Source of the DNA: Nonlabens ponticola
Lineage (GTDB): Bacteria; Bacteroidota; Bacteroidia; Flavobacteriales; Flavobacteriaceae
Assembly (NCBI RefSeq): GCF_003966335.1
Contig: NZ_CP034549.1
Location: 1,170,001-1,202,000, forward strand
Reading direction: 5' to 3'
Length of the DNA: 32,000 nucleotides
In this document: piece after piece, positions 15,001-22,294 of the stretch
Layout of the letters: each line of letters begins with the position of its first letter
Position numbering within the stretch: position 1 is the first letter of the stretch
The notes under the pieces: generated by a model
The model's input: the letters and a program-made list of their open reading frames with translations, nothing else
Told to the model about the DNA's origin: nothing
Databases searched by the model: none
Position numbers and translations under genes: made by a program

Positions 15001-17443
15001 GAGCACGCTTCCAGATGGTGGTGCAGGTTATGCACTGACTACTGGTGACAGTGATCCAGAAGAGGTGAGCGTTAACAACGGTGAGACTACAGAGACTACG
15101 CCTGATGGATATCAAGCAGTAGGAACGATTACAGGCTTCGTATTCAACGATGTTGATGGTGATGGCGTGTATGACGCAGATGTGGACGAGCTGTTCCCAG
15201 CAGGAACCGAAGTGATCCTAACCAGAGATGACGACGATGATGATGACGACAACGACCTAACCTTCACGGTAACGGTTGATGAAGACGGAAACTGGAGCGC
15301 AGAAGTACCGGTAGGTGACTACACGGTAGACGTTGACGAGAGTACGCTTCCAGATGGTGGTGCAGGCTATGCACTGACCACTGGTGACAGTGATCCAGAA
15401 GATGTGACTGTAAACAACGGTGAGACCACCGAGACTACGCCTGATGGATATCAAGCAGTAGGAACGATTACAGGCTTCGTATTCAACGATGTTGATGGTG
15501 ATGGCGTGTACGATGAAGATGTGGACGAGCTGTTCCCAGCAGGAACCGAGGTGATTTTAACCAGAGGTGACGACGATGATGACGACGACAACGACCTGAC
15601 CTTTACGGTAACGGTTGATGAAGACGGAAACTGGAGTGCAGAAGTACCAGTAGGCGACTATACGGTAGACGTTGACGAGAGTACGCTTCCAAATGGTGGT
15701 GCAGGCTATGCACTGACCACTGGCGATAGTGATCCAGAAGACGTGAGCGTCAACAACGGTGAGACCACAGAGACTACGCCTGATGGATATCAAGCAGTAG
15801 GAACGATCACAGGCTTCGTATTCAACGATGTTGATGGCGACGGCGTGTATGACGCAGATGTGGACGAGCTGTTCCCAGCAGGAACCGAGGTTGTACTGAC
15901 CAGAGGTGACGACGATGATGATGACAACAACGACCTGACCTTCACGGTAACGGTTGATGAAGACGGAAACTGGAGCGCAGAAGTACCAGTAGGCGACTAT
16001 ACGGTAGACGTTGACGAGAGCACGCTTCCAGATGGCGGTGCAGGCTATGCACTGACCACTGGCGACAGTGATCCAGAAGACGTGAGCGTCAACAACGGTG
16101 AGACCACAGAGACTACGCCTGATGGATATCAAGCAGTAGGAACGATCACAGGCTTCGTATTCAACGATGTTGATGGCGACGGCGTGTATGATGCAGATGT
16201 GGACGAGCTGTTCCCAGCCGGAACCGAGGTGATCCTAACCAGAGGTGACGACGATGATGACGACGACAACGACCTGACCTTTACGGTAACGGTTGATGAA
16301 GACGGCAACTGGAGCGCAGAGGTACCAGTAGGTGACTACACGGTAGACGTTGACGAGAGTACGCTTCCAAATAATGGATTTGGCTATAGCCTAACAACAG
16401 GTGATAGCGATCCAGAAGATGCTAGTGTTGAAGCTGGTGAACTTACAATTACCGATGATGATGGTTACTTATTTACACCATTTGACGATAATGACGGCGA
16501 TGGCATACCTGATGATATCGATATTGACGATGATAATGATGGTATACTTGATTCAGTCGAAGGTGATAAGGATACTGATGGTGATGGATTAATTGACTCA
16601 TTAGATCAAGACAGCGATAACGACGGCATTCCTGATAATGTAGAAGGTCAAGAAACGGGAGATTATATACCACCATCAGGTGTGGATAGTGATCAAAACG
16701 GTCTGGACGATGCTTATGAAGATGAGCCAGGAGATGGAGATGGAATCGATCCAATCGACTTTGATGACGATGGTACTCCAGATTATAACGATCTAGATTC
16801 TGACGATGATGGTGTTGATGACAGCATTGAAGGATTTGATTTTGATAATGATGGTGTCGCAGATGTTCAACCTAGCGGTGACGATGTTGATAATGATGGT
16901 CTTGATGATGCATTTGATGGTGATACCACAGGTTACGGTGATCCAAATGGTGTGTTTGTAGTAGATAATCCAGCGGAAGATCTAAATAATACTGACGGTG
17001 ATGAAGAACCAGATTATAGAGATACAGATGATGACAATGATGGTATTCCAACTGAGTCTGAGGATGGAAACATCAATGGTGACTTAACCGACGATGATGG
17101 TGACCGTGATGGTATTCCTGACTACCTAGATGTTGATGGTGGTAACATTGAAATATTTAATGTGTTGACACCTAATGGTGATGGTGAAAATGACATCTTT
17201 GTAATTGATGGTATTGAAAACTTTGAGAACAATGTCAAGATTTTCAATCGTTGGGGTGTAGAGGTTTACAATGTGGATAATTATGACAATGTGAATAGAT
17301 ACTTTAGAGGTGTGTCTGATGGTCGCGTTACAGTTGCCACTGACGAGTTATTGCCTGTAGGTACCTACTACTATGTCATTGAGTACACTAACGACGATAA
17401 CCAGAATGTTCAACTTGCAGGTTACCTGTATATAAATAGATAA
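2..17443 (+). CDS. Giant hyper-acidic cell-surface (adhesin-like) protein, 5'-truncated by the window edge: thrombospondin type-3-like Ca-binding repeats, one non-acidic globular insert, 11 SdrD-B-like domains, T9SS type B C-terminal sorting domain
   Basis: Frame +2 has no stop from nt 2 to TAA at 17441-17443. Hand translation of nt 2-424 gives [26 protein letters not shown]...[15 protein letters not shown], continuous with the 5672-aa ORF-track product. The track's M at 425 is therefore only an internal TTG. DxDxDGxxDxxD motifs recur throughout (e.g. [20 protein letters not shown]). There are eleven 113-aa [16 protein letters not shown]...VGDYTVDV units, and the C-terminal 98 aa resemble the T9SS type B CTD. 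Confidence 0.9.
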   Translation, partial: FDNDGVADSVPSGVDNDGDGFDDNFDATTDPADAYDDPNGNLVSNDPANELNNTDGEDEPDYRDTDDDNDNVLTDVEVTDNDNPEDSDNDGIPDYLDADDRDGDGIPDTVDIDDDNDGVLDSVENGGNDPFNDTDNDGVADLFDTDFGPDSNNDSIVDSFDSDLDGIIDQFDQDSDDDGIPDNVEAQTTSGYTAPTGNDDDNDGLDNAYEANGITPVDTDSDTIPDYLDDDSDDDGISDNIEGFDFDNDGVVDIAFAEADNDNDGLDDNFDSTTDPADAYDDPNGNVVSNDPANELNNTDGADEPDYRDADDDNDGVDTDDEVTDNDNPEDSDNDGIPDYLDADDNDGDGIPDTVDVDDDNDGIADVVENGGNDPFGDDDSDGIANFLDVDGTNDSNNDGIVDDFDQDLDGIVNQFDLDADGDGLTDVFESGNAALDTNDDGLIDSQDAGFTDSPANGQADNTEGTTPIDSDGDGVADYLDIDSDNDGIIDNLEIQDSANTTRPTGQDDDGDGTDNAYDADNGGTPILTPENTDSDTQPDYLDIDSDDDGIIDNIEWQTTSGYLEPTADTDGNGLADNYETRAGSNTPIRLPVNTDGADNPDYRDLDSDDDGLTDNDEVYNLPPANLDSDNDGLDDAYDNDDVGGLDGPDAATNGNMNGPDGGSVQDFPNVQNPLTAEVDFRDETDPNVPVDTDGDLVNDSNDIDDDNDGILDSIESLGFVPTNVMGDDCGLPGASFTNPTYVASSAPDGTVGAIYRFEDVATYPTVGMVDALIEITEITGGATLVTIDNETTGDVNAWQPEFTVPTPQGNNSNMSFRVTFVLDNTNTRFNVGRFGGTIYDIDGANARESVILSRPGLYAVDNETLLTVNQDQSSGDVTIVGPDDTYVGVDLSARLAVYFNYYNSSSFNIEFSGQLLSTTSNVYLGSVLFDVCSINGLFEGNTASANPTQTTGTSEPSGPGTFAVYTVNDGIDSDGDGISDELDIDSDNDGIPDNLEAQTTEDYDAPGTTDSDGDGLLDPYEGSGDEGLTPVDTDDDGTSDYLDLNSDDDNFSDQQESGNAPAVSEADSDGDGLLDDYDNVDNTGVAFDSNDIYDNGSSDLPNTQNPTTDEVDYREAADNDNDGVPDTEDPDDDNDGILDTVEADGNDPFADLDGNGIPDFQDVDATNDSNNDGIVDAFDTDLDGRIDQFDQDADHDGIPDNVEAQPSDAGSYVEPIGDLDGDGIDDAYGPAGITPENTDGTDLPDYKDLDSDNDNVPDRIEGDDLDNDGVADTAFIGDTDNDGLDDAFDGSVGDLGDPNGSLVTNDPANELNNSDGADEPDYRDTDDDNDNVLTINEDVDNDGDPTNDDTDNDGTPNYLDIDDDGDGVATAEEDYDGDNDPTNQDTDGDTIPDYLDEDDDGDGVNTIFENPNPDNDLDPDTGDTQDSDNDTIPDYLDIDDDEDGINTIDENPDPNGDGNPDDAIDSDGDGTPDYLDADDLDGDGIPDTVDLDDDNDGILDSVENGGNDPFADTDNDGIPDFIDVDGANDANNDGIVDSFDTDGDGIIDQFDQDADNDGIPDNVEAQTTDGYIAPLPGPNNDVDNDGVNDAYGTAGLTPVDSGGSPLPDYLDLDSDGDNVPDRIEGDDIDNDGVADTTLLGDSDNDGLDDAFDGSVGDFEDPNGSIVDDNPRVELNNTDGEDEPDYRDTDDDNDNVLTIDEDVDGDNDPTNDDSDNDGTPDYLDTDDDGDGIDTANEDYDGDNDPTNQDSDGDGIADYLDTDDDGDNIDTADENPDVDGDGDGADGQDSDGDTIPDYLDQDDDGDGIDTIFEDYDGDDDPTNQDSDNDGTPDYLDTDDDEDGINTIDENPDPNGDGNPDDAVDSDNDGTPDYLDTDDADGDGIVDTVDLDDDNDGILDTDEDPNLDGDDNPFTNPLDSDNDGLPDFLDQDADGDGIPDNVEGQTTDGYIPPSGNDTDGNGLDDAYENTPGSGEGISVVDTDEDGTPDYIDEDSDDDGVDDLYEATDRDNDGIADVLPSGNDADGDGLDDNFDASNGFDTPNGNQVTTDPDTDLNNTDGDEEPNYRDTDDDGDNVDTIDENPDPNGDGNPDDAQDSDNDGTPDYLDTDDDGDGIDTANEDYDGDNDPTNQDSDGDGIADYLDTDDDGDNIDTADENPDVDGDGDGADGQDSDGDTIPDYLDQDDDGDGIDTIFEDYDGDDDPTNQDSDNDGTPDYLDTDDDEDGINTIDENPDPNGDGNPDDAVDSDNDGTPDYLDTDDADGDSIVDTVDLDDDNDGILDTDEDPNLDGDDNPFTNPLDSDNDGLPDFLDQDADGDGIPDNVEGQTTDGYIPPSGNDTDGNGLDDAYENTPGSGEGISVVDTDEDGTPDYIDEDSDDDGVDDLYEATDRDNDGIADVLPSGNDADGDGLDDNFDASNGFDTPNGNQVTTDPDTDLNNTDGDEEPNYRDTDDDGDNVDTIDENPDPNGDGNPDDAQDSDNDGTPDYLDTDDDGDGIDTANEDYDGDNDPTNQDSDGDGIADYLDTDDDGDNIDTADENPDVDGDGDGADGQDSDGDTIPDYLDQDDDGDGIDTIFEDYDGDDDPTNQDSDNDGTPDYLDTDDDEDGINTIDENPDPNGDGNPDDAVDSDNDGTPDYLDTDDADGDSIVDTVDLDDDNDGILDTDEDPNLDGDDNPFTNPLDSDNDGLPDFLDQDADGDGIPDNVEGQTTDGYIPPSGNDTDGNGLDDAYENTPGSGEGISVVDTDEDGTPDYIDEDSDDDGVDDLYEATDRDNDGIADVLPSGNDADGDGLDDNFDASNGFDTPNGNQVTTDPDTDLNNTDGDEEPNYRDTDDDGDNVDTIDENPDPNGDGNPDDAQDSDNDGTPDYLDTDDDGDGIDTANEDYDGDNDPTNQDSDGDGIADYLDTDDDGDNIDTADENPDVDGDGDGADGQDSDGDTIPDYLDQDDDGDGIDTIFEDYDGDDDPTNQDSDNDGTPDYLDTDDDEDGINTIDENPDPNGDGNPDDAVDSDNDGTPDYLDTDDADGDSIVDTVDLDDDNDGILDTDEDPNLDGDDNPFTNPLDSDNDGLPDFLDQDADGDGIPDNVEGQTTDGYIPPSGNDTDGNGLDDAYENTPGSGEGISVVDTDEDGTPDYIDEDSDDDGVDDLYEATDRDNDGIADVLPSGNDADGDGLDDNFDASNGFDTPNGNQVTTDPDTDLNNTDGDEEPNYRDTDDDGDNVDTIDENPDPNGDGNPDDAQDSDNDGTPDYLDTDDDGDGIDTANEDYDGDNDPTNQDSDGDGIADYLDTDDDGDNIDTADENPDVDGDGDGADGQDSDGDTIPDYLDQDDDGDGIDTIFEDYDGDDDPTNQDSDSDGTPDYLDTDDDEDGINTIDENPDPNGDGNPDDAVDSDNDGTPDYLDALDRDGDGIPDLFDIDDDNDGILDVVEGDVDTDGDGIIDSLDQDSDGDGIPDNVEGQSSFDYINPSGVDDDGNGLDDAYENTPGSGEGVTPQDTDSDTVPDYLDTDSDDDGVFDSTEGFDFDSDGRSEVFPSGSDIDQDGLDDAFDGNNMGYEDPNGAQVIDDPLNDLVNTDGADDLDYRDTDDDNDGILSADEDNDPNGDGDGADANDADGDGTPDYLDPDDSDNDDDGIPDNIDIDDDNDGILDTVEGTGDFDGDGVIDAFDLDSDNDGIADNVEGQSTDGYIAPSGNDDDGNGLDDAYEVIPGSGEGVTPNNQDGDGNPDYIDIDSDNDNVDDFIEGFDFDNDGIPDIAFAEADTDNNGFDDAFDGLTDGYDDVNGQVVDTNPAEDLLNSDGEDELDFRDTDDDNDGLLTFDEIPDQDGDPDTIDPLDSDNDGIPDYLDALDTDNDGVPDADDVDDDNDGILDVVEGNGDFDGDGVIDSLDLDSDNDGIADNVEGQSTDGYIVPSGNDDDGNGLDDAYEVTPGSGEGVTPNNQDGDANPDYLDIDSDNDNVDDFIEGFDFDNDGIPDIAFAEADADNNGFDDAFDGLTDGYDDVNGQIVDTDPAEDLLNSDGEDELDFRDTDDDNDGLLTFDENPDQDGDPDTIDPLDSDNDGIPDYLDARDTDNDGIPDIVDIDDDNDGILDSVEDPNVDGDNNPDTNALDSDGDGLPDSLDLDSDNDGIPDNVEGQTTDDYASPSGNDDDGNGLDDAYEENPGDGDGVDPNDQDEDGIPDYLDEDSDEDGTLDNDEAYDDVTEVGDNNNNGLDDAYEDDLAGDPYDDVNGALDNGASDTNNDDLPDTDEVDFREAIGTITGFVFNDVDGDGVYDADVDELFPAGTEVVLTRGDDDDDEDNDLTFTVTVGEDGNWSAEVPVGDYTVDVDESTLPDGGAGYALTTGDSDPQDVTVNNGETTETTPDGYQAVGTITGFVFNDVDGDGVYDEDVDELFPAGTEVILTRDDDDDDDDNDLTFTVTVDEDGNWSAEVPVGDYTVDVDESTLPDGGAGYALTTGDSDPEEVSVNNGETTETTPDGYQAVGTITGFVFNDVDGDGVYDEDVDELFPAGTEVILTRDDDDDDDDNDLTFTVTVDEDGNWSAEVPVGDYTVDVDESTLPDGGAGYALTTGDSDPEDVTVNNGETTETTPDGYQAVGTITGFVFNDVDGDGVYDEDVDELFPAGTEVILTRGDDDDDDDNDLTFTVTVDEDGNWSAEVPVGDYTVDVGESTLPDGGAGYALTTGDSDPEDVTVNNGETTETTPDGYQAVGTITGFVFNDVDGDGVYDADVDELFPAGTEVILTRGDDDDDDDNDLTFTVTVGEDGNWSEEVPVGDYTVDVDESTLPDGGAGYALTTGDSDPEEVSVNNGETTETTPDGYQAVGTVTGFVFNDVDGDGVYDADVDELFPAGTEVVLTRGDDDDDEDNDLTFTVTVGEDGNWSAEVPVGDYTVDVDESTLPDGGAGYALTTGDSDPEDVTVNNGETTETTPDGYQAVGTITGFVFNDVDGDGVYDEDVDELFPAGTEVILTRDDDDDDDDNDLTFTVTVDEDGNWSAEVPVGDYTVDVDESTLPDGGAGYALTTGDSDPEEVSVNNGETTETTPDGYQAVGTITGFVFNDVDGDGVYDADVDELFPAGTEVILTRDDDDDDDDNDLTFTVTVDEDGNWSAEVPVGDYTVDVDESTLPDGGAGYALTTGDSDPEDVTVNNGETTETTPDGYQAVGTITGFVFNDVDGDGVYDEDVDELFPAGTEVILTRGDDDDDDDNDLTFTVTVDEDGNWSAEVPVGDYTVDVDESTLPNGGAGYALTTGDSDPEDVSVNNGETTETTPDGYQAVGTITGFVFNDVDGDGVYDADVDELFPAGTEVVLTRGDDDDDDNNDLTFTVTVDEDGNWSAEVPVGDYTVDVDESTLPDGGAGYALTTGDSDPEDVSVNNGETTETTPDGYQAVGTITGFVFNDVDGDGVYDADVDELFPAGTEVILTRGDDDDDDDNDLTFTVTVDEDGNWSAEVPVGDYTVDVDESTLPNNGFGYSLTTGDSDPEDASVEAGELTITDDDGYLFTPFDDNDGDGIPDDIDIDDDNDGILDSVEGDKDTDGDGLIDSLDQDSDNDGIPDNVEGQETGDYIPPSGVDSDQNGLDDAYEDEPGDGDGIDPIDFDDDGTPDYNDLDSDDDGVDDSIEGFDFDNDGVADVQPSGDDVDNDGLDDAFDGDTTGYGDPNGVFVVDNPAEDLNNTDGDEEPDYRDTDDDNDGIPTESEDGNINGDLTDDDGDRDGIPDYLDVDGGNIEIFNVLTPNGDGENDIFVIDGIENFENNVKIFNRWGVEVYNVDNYDNVNRYFRGVSDGRVTVATDELLPVGTYYYVIEYTNDDNQNVQLAGYLYINR
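5138..10195 (+). repeat. 1143-bp (381-codon) in-frame tandem repeat, about 4.4 copies, nearly identical at DNA level
   Basis: Unit starts gatagcgacaatgacggtacacc at 5138, 6281, 7424, 8567 and 9710 (spacing 1143). Shadow ORFs in the track recur at 5406/6549/7692/8835 with identical sequences. By eye only a handful of substitutions exist, e.g. G at 5645 versus A at 6788/7931/9074, and gccgatggcc...ggcgacacg in copies 1-3 versus gccgacggcc...ggcgatacg near 8778 and 9921. Identity decays after about 10095. Confidence 0.9.
10873..12250 (+). repeat. About 660-bp (220-codon) in-frame tandem repeat, about 2.1 diverged copies
   Basis: The protein block DNDG[IV]PD..D[IV][133 protein letters not shown] occurs twice. 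DNA landmarks ctgatatcgctttcgcggaagcgga sit at 11241 and 11901 (spacing 660). A third partial start lies near 12193. Confidence 0.7.
12743..16471 (+). repeat. 339-bp (113-codon) in-frame tandem repeat x11 (SdrD-B-like domain array) with a 1695-bp (5-unit) higher-order period
   Basis: Units start at 12743 + n*339 (checked at 13082 and 16133). Minus-strand shadow ORFs recur at 12884/13223/13562 and again at 14579/14918/15257. The 13223 and 14918 products are identical, as are the 13562 and 15257 products (offset 1695 = 5 x 339). The last unit diverges at its 3' end (PNNGFGYSL...[13 protein letters not shown]). Confidence 0.9.
17147..17440 (+). other. T9SS type B C-terminal sorting domain (gliding-motility-associated CTD) of the giant protein
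   Basis: The last 98 aa are [48 protein letters not shown]...[31 protein letters not shown]. The hallmarks NxxTPNGDGxND, FNRWGxxVY and GTYYY are as remembered for the type B CTD family (TIGR04131-like). This is family recall, not a search. Confidence 0.8.
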
Positions 17444-17491
17444 ATGAACTAGTCTTGCGATTGTGAGCCTAGTAATTTTAATAGACAAAGC

Positions 17492-18424
17492 ATGAAGAAA
17501 TTTATAATTGTTTTATTGTTTTTTGCTTTCGCGAAAGCGGTAACAGCCCAACAGGATCCTCAATATAGCCAGTATATGTACAACCCTATTGTTGTGAACC
17601 CAGCTTATGCGGGTAATCGAGGCGTAGCAAGTATAGTAGGTTTACACCGAAGTCAATGGGTAGGTCTAGATGGTGCTCCTAGGACACAAACGTTATCGTT
17701 TCATACGCCTATATCTGACAGTCGAGTAGGATTAGGATTGAGCGTGGTGAATGATGAATTGGGGCCTAGTGATGAGACTTATTTTGCAGCAGATTTTAGT
17801 TACACTATTCCCGTAAGTTATAATGGAAATTTAAGTCTAGGGCTTAAAGGTGGAGCGCATTTGTTAAGTGTTGATTTTAGTAGATTGAATGCGCGTGAGG
17901 TAGATGATGCTTTATTGGAAAATAATATTGATAATAGACTATCACCTACGGTTGGAGTTGGTGCCTACTATCACACTGATAGATTTTATCTAGGTTTGAG
18001 TACTCCCAATCTTTTAAGGACAGAGCATTTTGATGAAGAAAATAGCGCTAGCACTGCCTATCTAGCAGAAGAGCGTATCCATTATTTTGCAACCGCAGGT
18101 TACGTATTTGATTTGAATGATAATATCAAATTTAAGCCTACCACGTTGGTTAAGGCTGTTGCTGGTGCACCACTTCAAGTGGATGTTACGGCAAACTTTT
18201 TGTTCAACGAGCGATTAACGCTAGGTGCAGCGTACAGATGGAGTGCAGCAGTAACTGGGCTAGTAGGATTTCAGGTAAGCGATTCTATGCTAATTGGATT
18301 TGCTTATGATCGGGAAACTACTGAGCTGGGAAATACCGTATATAATGATGGTAGTTATGAACTCTTCATTAGATTTGAGCTATTCGATAGATACGACAAA
18401 CTTATTACACCTCGATTCTTTTAA
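17492..18424 (+). CDS. T9SS membrane protein, PorP/SprF family
   Basis: ATG at 17492, 48 nt after the giant gene's stop and on the same strand. It has a signal peptide, MKKFIIVLLFFAFAKAVTAQ, followed by the family-typical N-terminus QDPQYSQYMYNPIVVNPAYAG. The 310-aa size and beta-barrel-like composition fit. Genes of this family are typically adjacent to type B CTD cargo genes. Confidence 0.85.
   Translation: MKKFIIVLLFFAFAKAVTAQQDPQYSQYMYNPIVVNPAYAGNRGVASIVGLHRSQWVGLDGAPRTQTLSFHTPISDSRVGLGLSVVNDELGPSDETYFAADFSYTIPVSYNGNLSLGLKGGAHLLSVDFSRLNAREVDDALLENNIDNRLSPTVGVGAYYHTDRFYLGLSTPNLLRTEHFDEENSASTAYLAEERIHYFATAGYVFDLNDNIKFKPTTLVKAVAGAPLQVDVTANFLFNERLTLGAAYRWSAAVTGLVGFQVSDSMLIGFAYDRETTELGNTVYNDGSYELFIRFELFDRYDKLITPRFF
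17525..17538. repeat. GCTTTCGCGAAAGC palindrome copy (inside PorP/SprF signal peptide, read as AFAKA)
   Basis: Exact 14-mer. It is in phase with the CDS ((17525-17492) = 33) and is followed by ggta, as in the 23655 copy. Confidence 0.95.
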
Positions 18425-18436
18425 AGGAACTAGATT

Positions 18437-20428
18437 ATGATGAAACATTTACTTTTTGCTCTATTGCTATGTATGGGAACCTCACTGGTAGCCCAGCAAA
18501 ATAAGATTGAGCGTGCCAATAAGGATTATGATCAGCTCGCGTTTATTGATGCGCAACAATTGTATAAGCGTATTGTTGAGAATGGTTATAAGAGTCCAGA
18601 AGTTCTTGCTAAGCTAGGAGATACTTATTATTTCAATGATGACTTGCAAGAATCTTACAAGTGGTACAACCAGCTATTTGAGCAATATACGGACAACATC
18701 AAGCCAGAGTATTATTTTAGATATGCCCAGTCTCTCAAATCTGTAAGAAGGTATGATGAGGCAGACCAGCTCATGGCAAAGTTCAATACCTTCAAAGGGT
18801 ACGACTCAAGAGCTGAGGCTTACTCAACGCAGCCGGATTATCTACAAATTATTGATTTTCAATCTGGAAGATTTGATGTAAAGAATGCTCGTGAGATCAA
18901 TTCTTATACAGCAGATTTTGGCCCAGCGTTCTACGATGATCAAAATAAGGTTGTGTTTGCAAGCTCAAGAGATACTAATTCTTTAATCAAGAGAACTCAC
19001 AGTTGGAATGAGCAGGCGTTTCTAGAATTGTATGATGCCAATCGCAATAGCATTGGAGAGTTGAGCGATGCCGAAAAATTTAGTGGAACATTAAATACTA
19101 AGTTTCATGAAAGCACGCCAGCTTTTACCGCAGATGGTGAAACTGTTTACTTTACAAGAAATAATTACCTGGATGGTGATTTGCGTCAAGATATTGATGG
19201 ATTGACAAAGCTTAAGATTTATAAATCTACTCGCAAGGGTAAGTCATGGACTAAGCCTATTGAGATGCCATTTAATAGTGATAGCTACAGCACCGCGCAT
19301 CCGGCACTGACTCCAGATGGCAGCAAGATGTTTTTTGCAAGTGATATGCCTGGCAGTACAGGATACGATGAAGAAAACAATTTTACAAGATCTGATATAT
19401 GGATGGTCACGATAGGTGCTGACGGTAGCTATGGCGAGCCAGTTAATGTAGAGTCTGTAAATACCATGGGACGTGAGACGTTCCCATTTGTTAGCAAGAA
19501 TAATGTTTTATACTTCGCTTCTACAGGACATCAAGGTCTTGGTGGACTGGATGTTTTTGCAAGTTCCATCAATCCAGACGGTAGTATGAGTGAGGTAGTG
19601 AACATAGGTAAGCCGGTGAATACACCTTATGATGATTTCTCATTTATTGTAAATGATGATACTAAAATTGGATACTTCAGTTCTAATAGAATTGGTGGTA
19701 TGGGCGATGATGATATATACCGCTTTGTACAATTAGAAGACTTGAGAGATACTTGTGAAATACTAGTTACTGGAACTGTAACTGATGAGCAAACTGGAGA
19801 GCCGCTAACAGGTGCAACGGTTACCATAATGGATTCTAATAACAATCAAGTTGACGAGGCTGTAACTCGAGCTAATGGTAAATATGTATTTAAACTTGAG
19901 TGTGATAAGCAATACTTTGTAAGAGCTGATAAAGAAGATTACAGAGCAGAAGAAGATCTGTTCACTACGCCTCAAACAAGTGATTTCATCGATATTCCTC
20001 TAGCATTGTCTAGCCGATTAGTTCCTGTATTAGAATGTGATGATCTCGCTGATGTTTTGGATATTGAGCAAATCTATTTTGATTTTGATAAGTCAAACAT
20101 AAGACCAGATGCTGCTCTAGAGCTGGCTAAGATTCAAGCGTTCCTAGAATTATATCCAGAAACTAAAGTTGAGATAAGATCGCACACGGATAGCCGCGCT
20201 AACGATGCTTATAATGATGCATTGTCTGAACGTCGCGCGCAAAGTACGAGATCATGGTTAATTAATAAGGGAATTGATGCAAATCGTATCACGGCGAAAG
20301 GATACGGTGAACAACAATTGGTAAATGAATGTGCTAATGGAGTAGATTGTACACCAGCGCAACACCAGCTGAACCGTAGATCAGAATTTATAGTTTCTGG
20401 TTTAGATAAGTATAACGAATGTGACTAA
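18437..20428 (+). CDS. OmpA-family protein with PorE-like architecture (TPR-like / TolB-like beta-propeller / CarboxypepD_reg-like / OmpA_C-like peptidoglycan-binding domain)
   Basis: Signal peptide MMKHLLFALLLCMGTSLVAQQ. TPR-like helices: LGDTYYFNDDLQESYKWYNQLF and YYFRYAQSLKSVRRYDEADQLM. Propeller-blade motifs: VVFASSRD, ETVYFTRNN, SKMFFASDMPG, NVLYFASTGHQGLGGLDVF and IGYFSSNRIGGMGDDDIY. CRD-like segment VTGTVTDEQTGEPLTGATVTIMD. OmpA_C-like segment IYFDFDKSNIRPDA...SERRAQSTRSWL...NRRSEFIV. Confidence 0.8.
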   Translation: MMKHLLFALLLCMGTSLVAQQNKIERANKDYDQLAFIDAQQLYKRIVENGYKSPEVLAKLGDTYYFNDDLQESYKWYNQLFEQYTDNIKPEYYFRYAQSLKSVRRYDEADQLMAKFNTFKGYDSRAEAYSTQPDYLQIIDFQSGRFDVKNAREINSYTADFGPAFYDDQNKVVFASSRDTNSLIKRTHSWNEQAFLELYDANRNSIGELSDAEKFSGTLNTKFHESTPAFTADGETVYFTRNNYLDGDLRQDIDGLTKLKIYKSTRKGKSWTKPIEMPFNSDSYSTAHPALTPDGSKMFFASDMPGSTGYDEENNFTRSDIWMVTIGADGSYGEPVNVESVNTMGRETFPFVSKNNVLYFASTGHQGLGGLDVFASSINPDGSMSEVVNIGKPVNTPYDDFSFIVNDDTKIGYFSSNRIGGMGDDDIYRFVQLEDLRDTCEILVTGTVTDEQTGEPLTGATVTIMDSNNNQVDEAVTRANGKYVFKLECDKQYFVRADKEDYRAEEDLFTTPQTSDFIDIPLALSSRLVPVLECDDLADVLDIEQIYFDFDKSNIRPDAALELAKIQAFLELYPETKVEIRSHTDSRANDAYNDALSERRAQSTRSWLINKGIDANRITAKGYGEQQLVNECANGVDCTPAQHQLNRRSEFIVSGLDKYNECD

Positions 20429-20452
20429 CTGACGTTGTAATCGTTGACCAAT

Positions 20453-20488
20453 AAAAATGCCCTTTGTATTCTTACAAAGGGCATTTTT
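20453..20488. terminator. Bidirectional intrinsic terminator hairpin between convergent OmpA-family gene and prfC
   Basis: Perfect 16-bp arms, aaaaatgccctttgta (20453-20468) and tacaaagggcattttt (20473-20488), flank the loop ttct. A-run and T-run flanks allow function on both strands. Confidence 0.8.
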
Positions 20489-20490
20489 AT

Positions 20491-20530
20491 TAACTACTAA
20501 CTACTAACTACTAACTACTAACTACTAACT
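20491..20530. repeat. Heptanucleotide microsatellite (TAACTAC) x 5.7
   Basis: Read directly: five perfect units at 20491-20525 plus taact. The prfC stop codon (TAG on the minus strand, 20525-20527) lies inside the array. TAA on + and TAG on - fall in all three frames because 7 is coprime to 3. Confidence 0.95.
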
Positions 20531-22144
20531 GTCAACTACTGAATACTCCGCAATTGACTCAAACTCTGAGACAAAGTGAAACTTGATGCTCGGGTATTTT
20601 TGTTGTGTCATTTGTAGTGAGAAACTAGAGTCTGCAAAGAAAACCAATTGGCCTCGCTTGTCATGAGCTAGGAATTTAGCCTTAACTCTTTTAAAATCCT
20701 TGAATTCATCACTATCAGTATCTGCTGTATCTACCCAACATGCTTTATACACATTGAGGTTCTCATAACTACAGGTAGCGCCGTACTCATGTTCCAGACG
20801 ATACTGGATCACTTCAAATTGCAAGGCGCCTACCGTACCTATCACCTTACGGCCATTAAGTTCTAGTGTAAATAATTGTGCAACACCTTCATCCATGAGC
20901 TGGTCAATACCTTTAGCCAGCTGCTTAGACTTCATAGGATCAGCATTATTAATGTACCTAAAGTGCTCTGGAGAGAAAGATGGAATTCCTTTATAATGTA
21001 ACTCTTCACCACTGGTGAGCGTATCGCCTATTTTAAAGTTACCAGTGTCATGCAAGCCCACAATATCACCAGGAAAAGACTCATCAACGATTTCTTTTTT
21101 CTCTGCAAAAAAGGCATTGGGACTTGAGAACTTAAGATTTTTATTGAGGCGTACATGCTTATAAGCTGTATTGCGTTCAAACGTACCACTCACAACTTTA
21201 ATGAATGCGAGGCGATCACGGTGGCGTGGATCCATGTTAGCATGGATTTTAAACACAAAACCACTGAAGTCTTTTTCATCAGGTGCAACAAGTCGTTCCT
21301 CTGCTTTTTTAGGTCTAGGTGCTGGCGCGATGGCTATAAAGCCATCAAGTAATTCTTGCACGCCAAAGTTGTGCAACGCACTCCCAAAAAATACTGGTTG
21401 CAATTCACCATTGAGATATTCCTCTCGATTGAATGTTGGATAGATTCCAGTGACAAGCTCTAGCTCTTCACGCAACGTGTCTGCTGCCTTGTTGCCTACC
21501 AGATCATCAAGTCGGGAATCCTGTAGATCACTAATCTCAGTTGTTGTCTTGTGATCCTTAGTGGTATTTCCCGTAAACAAGTGAACATCATTCTCACGTA
21601 TATTGTAAATACCTTTAAGATCATAACCCATCCCAATTGGGAAACTCAATGGTGTAACACGTAGGTTGAGTTTTTGCTCAATCTCGTCCATGAGGTCAAA
21701 GGCGTCTTTTCCCTCGCGATCCATTTTATTTATGAATACGATCATCGGGATATTTCGCATGCGACATACCTCGACAAGTTTTTCAGTTTGTTCCTCAACA
21801 CCTTTGGCAACGTCAATCACCACGATTACACTATCAACCGCCGTTAGCGTTCTAAAGGTATCTTCTGCAAAGTCCTTGTGACCAGGTGTGTCAAGAATGT
21901 TGACTTTGATGCCATCATATTCAAACGCTAGTACAGATGTAGCTACCGATATACCACGCTGGCGCTCAATCTCCATAAAATCACTTGCTGCACCTTTTTT
22001 GATTTTATTACTCTTTACAGCTCCAGCCTCTTGAATGGCACCACCGTAAAGCAGTAATTTTTCAGTTAGGGTTGTCTTACCAGCATCTGGGTGCGAAATG
22101 ATCCCAAAGGTGCGCCTGCGCGCTATTTGATCTTTAAATTTCAT
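20525..22144 (-). CDS. prfC: Peptide chain release factor 3 (translational GTPase)
   Basis: MKFKDQIARRRTFGIISHPDAGKTTLTEKLLLYGGAIQEAG...DTPGHKDF...NKMDR shows the G1-G4 GTPase motifs and RF3-like sequence throughout. I place the start at the ATG at 22144 (residue 22 of the ORF-track product). A TATTTTTG -7 box sits 18 nt upstream of it and inside the longer ORF. Confidence 0.9.
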   Translation of the reverse strand: MKFKDQIARRRTFGIISHPDAGKTTLTEKLLLYGGAIQEAGAVKSNKIKKGAASDFMEIERQRGISVATSVLAFEYDGIKVNILDTPGHKDFAEDTFRTLTAVDSVIVVIDVAKGVEEQTEKLVEVCRMRNIPMIVFINKMDREGKDAFDLMDEIEQKLNLRVTPLSFPIGMGYDLKGIYNIRENDVHLFTGNTTKDHKTTTEISDLQDSRLDDLVGNKAADTLREELELVTGIYPTFNREEYLNGELQPVFFGSALHNFGVQELLDGFIAIAPAPRPKKAEERLVAPDEKDFSGFVFKIHANMDPRHRDRLAFIKVVSGTFERNTAYKHVRLNKNLKFSSPNAFFAEKKEIVDESFPGDIVGLHDTGNFKIGDTLTSGEELHYKGIPSFSPEHFRYINNADPMKSKQLAKGIDQLMDEGVAQLFTLELNGRKVIGTVGALQFEVIQYRLEHEYGATCSYENLNVYKACWVDTADTDSDEFKDFKRVKAKFLAHDKRGQLVFFADSSFSLQMTQQKYPSIKFHFVSEFESIAEYSVVDS

Positions 22145-22162
22145 AATAGGTCTAAGAAGTTG

Positions 22163-22170
22163 CAAAAATA
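22163..22170 (-). promoter_or_regulatory. Bacteroidota sigma-A -7 box (TAnnTTTG) for prfC
   Basis: The minus strand reads TATTTTTG (plus strand caaaaata at 22163-22170), 18 nt upstream of the ATG at 22144. It matches the established Bacteroidetes -7 consensus TAnnTTTG. Confidence 0.5.
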
Positions 22171-22278
22171 CATTTTCAACAGGCACTATACCACAAGTAT
22201 CGTACATTCATAAACCTCTCTTTGCTACATGTTTCTTAAAGAGCAGTGACCATTGTCAATTCCTTGAAACTCATGTCG

Positions 22279-22286
22279 TATTTTTG
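22279..22286 (+). promoter_or_regulatory. Bacteroidota sigma-A -7 box (TAnnTTTG) for the idi operon
   Basis: tatttttg at 22279-22286, only 8 nt before the ATG at 22295. This implies a leaderless or very short-leader mRNA. Confidence 0.45.
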
Positions 22287-22294
22287 ATGGATAT

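Noticed and set aside
15557-16132. 191-aa antisense ORF, the longest alternative ORF in the repeat region
   Set aside because: Its sequence is just two and a bit antisense copies of the 339-bp unit (the MISIRRSL...NRYREG pattern repeated). It has no independent start context or family resemblance.
5138-16471. Possible CRISPR array or satellite DNA, given the highly regular direct repeats
   Set aside because: The repeats are contiguous without unique spacers. Unit lengths are multiples of 3 and maintain one reading frame encoding recognisable domains.
132-16754. Dozens of 60-100-aa ORFs on both strands inside the giant gene (e.g. 132-392, 5406-5654, 6549-6797, 12884-13081)
   Set aside because: They are off-frame or antisense readings of GAT/GAC/GGT-rich repeat DNA, giving His/Met/Thr/Ser-rich low-complexity products. 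They recur with the 1143-bp and 339-bp DNA periods. All lie inside a 17-kb ORF with recognisable domains.
22145-22207. 21-codon N-terminal extension of prfC in the ORF track
   Set aside because: The RF3-like sequence begins at MKFKDQIARRRTFGIISHPDAGKTT. A TATTTTTG promoter box lies inside the extension, 18 nt upstream of the ATG at 22144.
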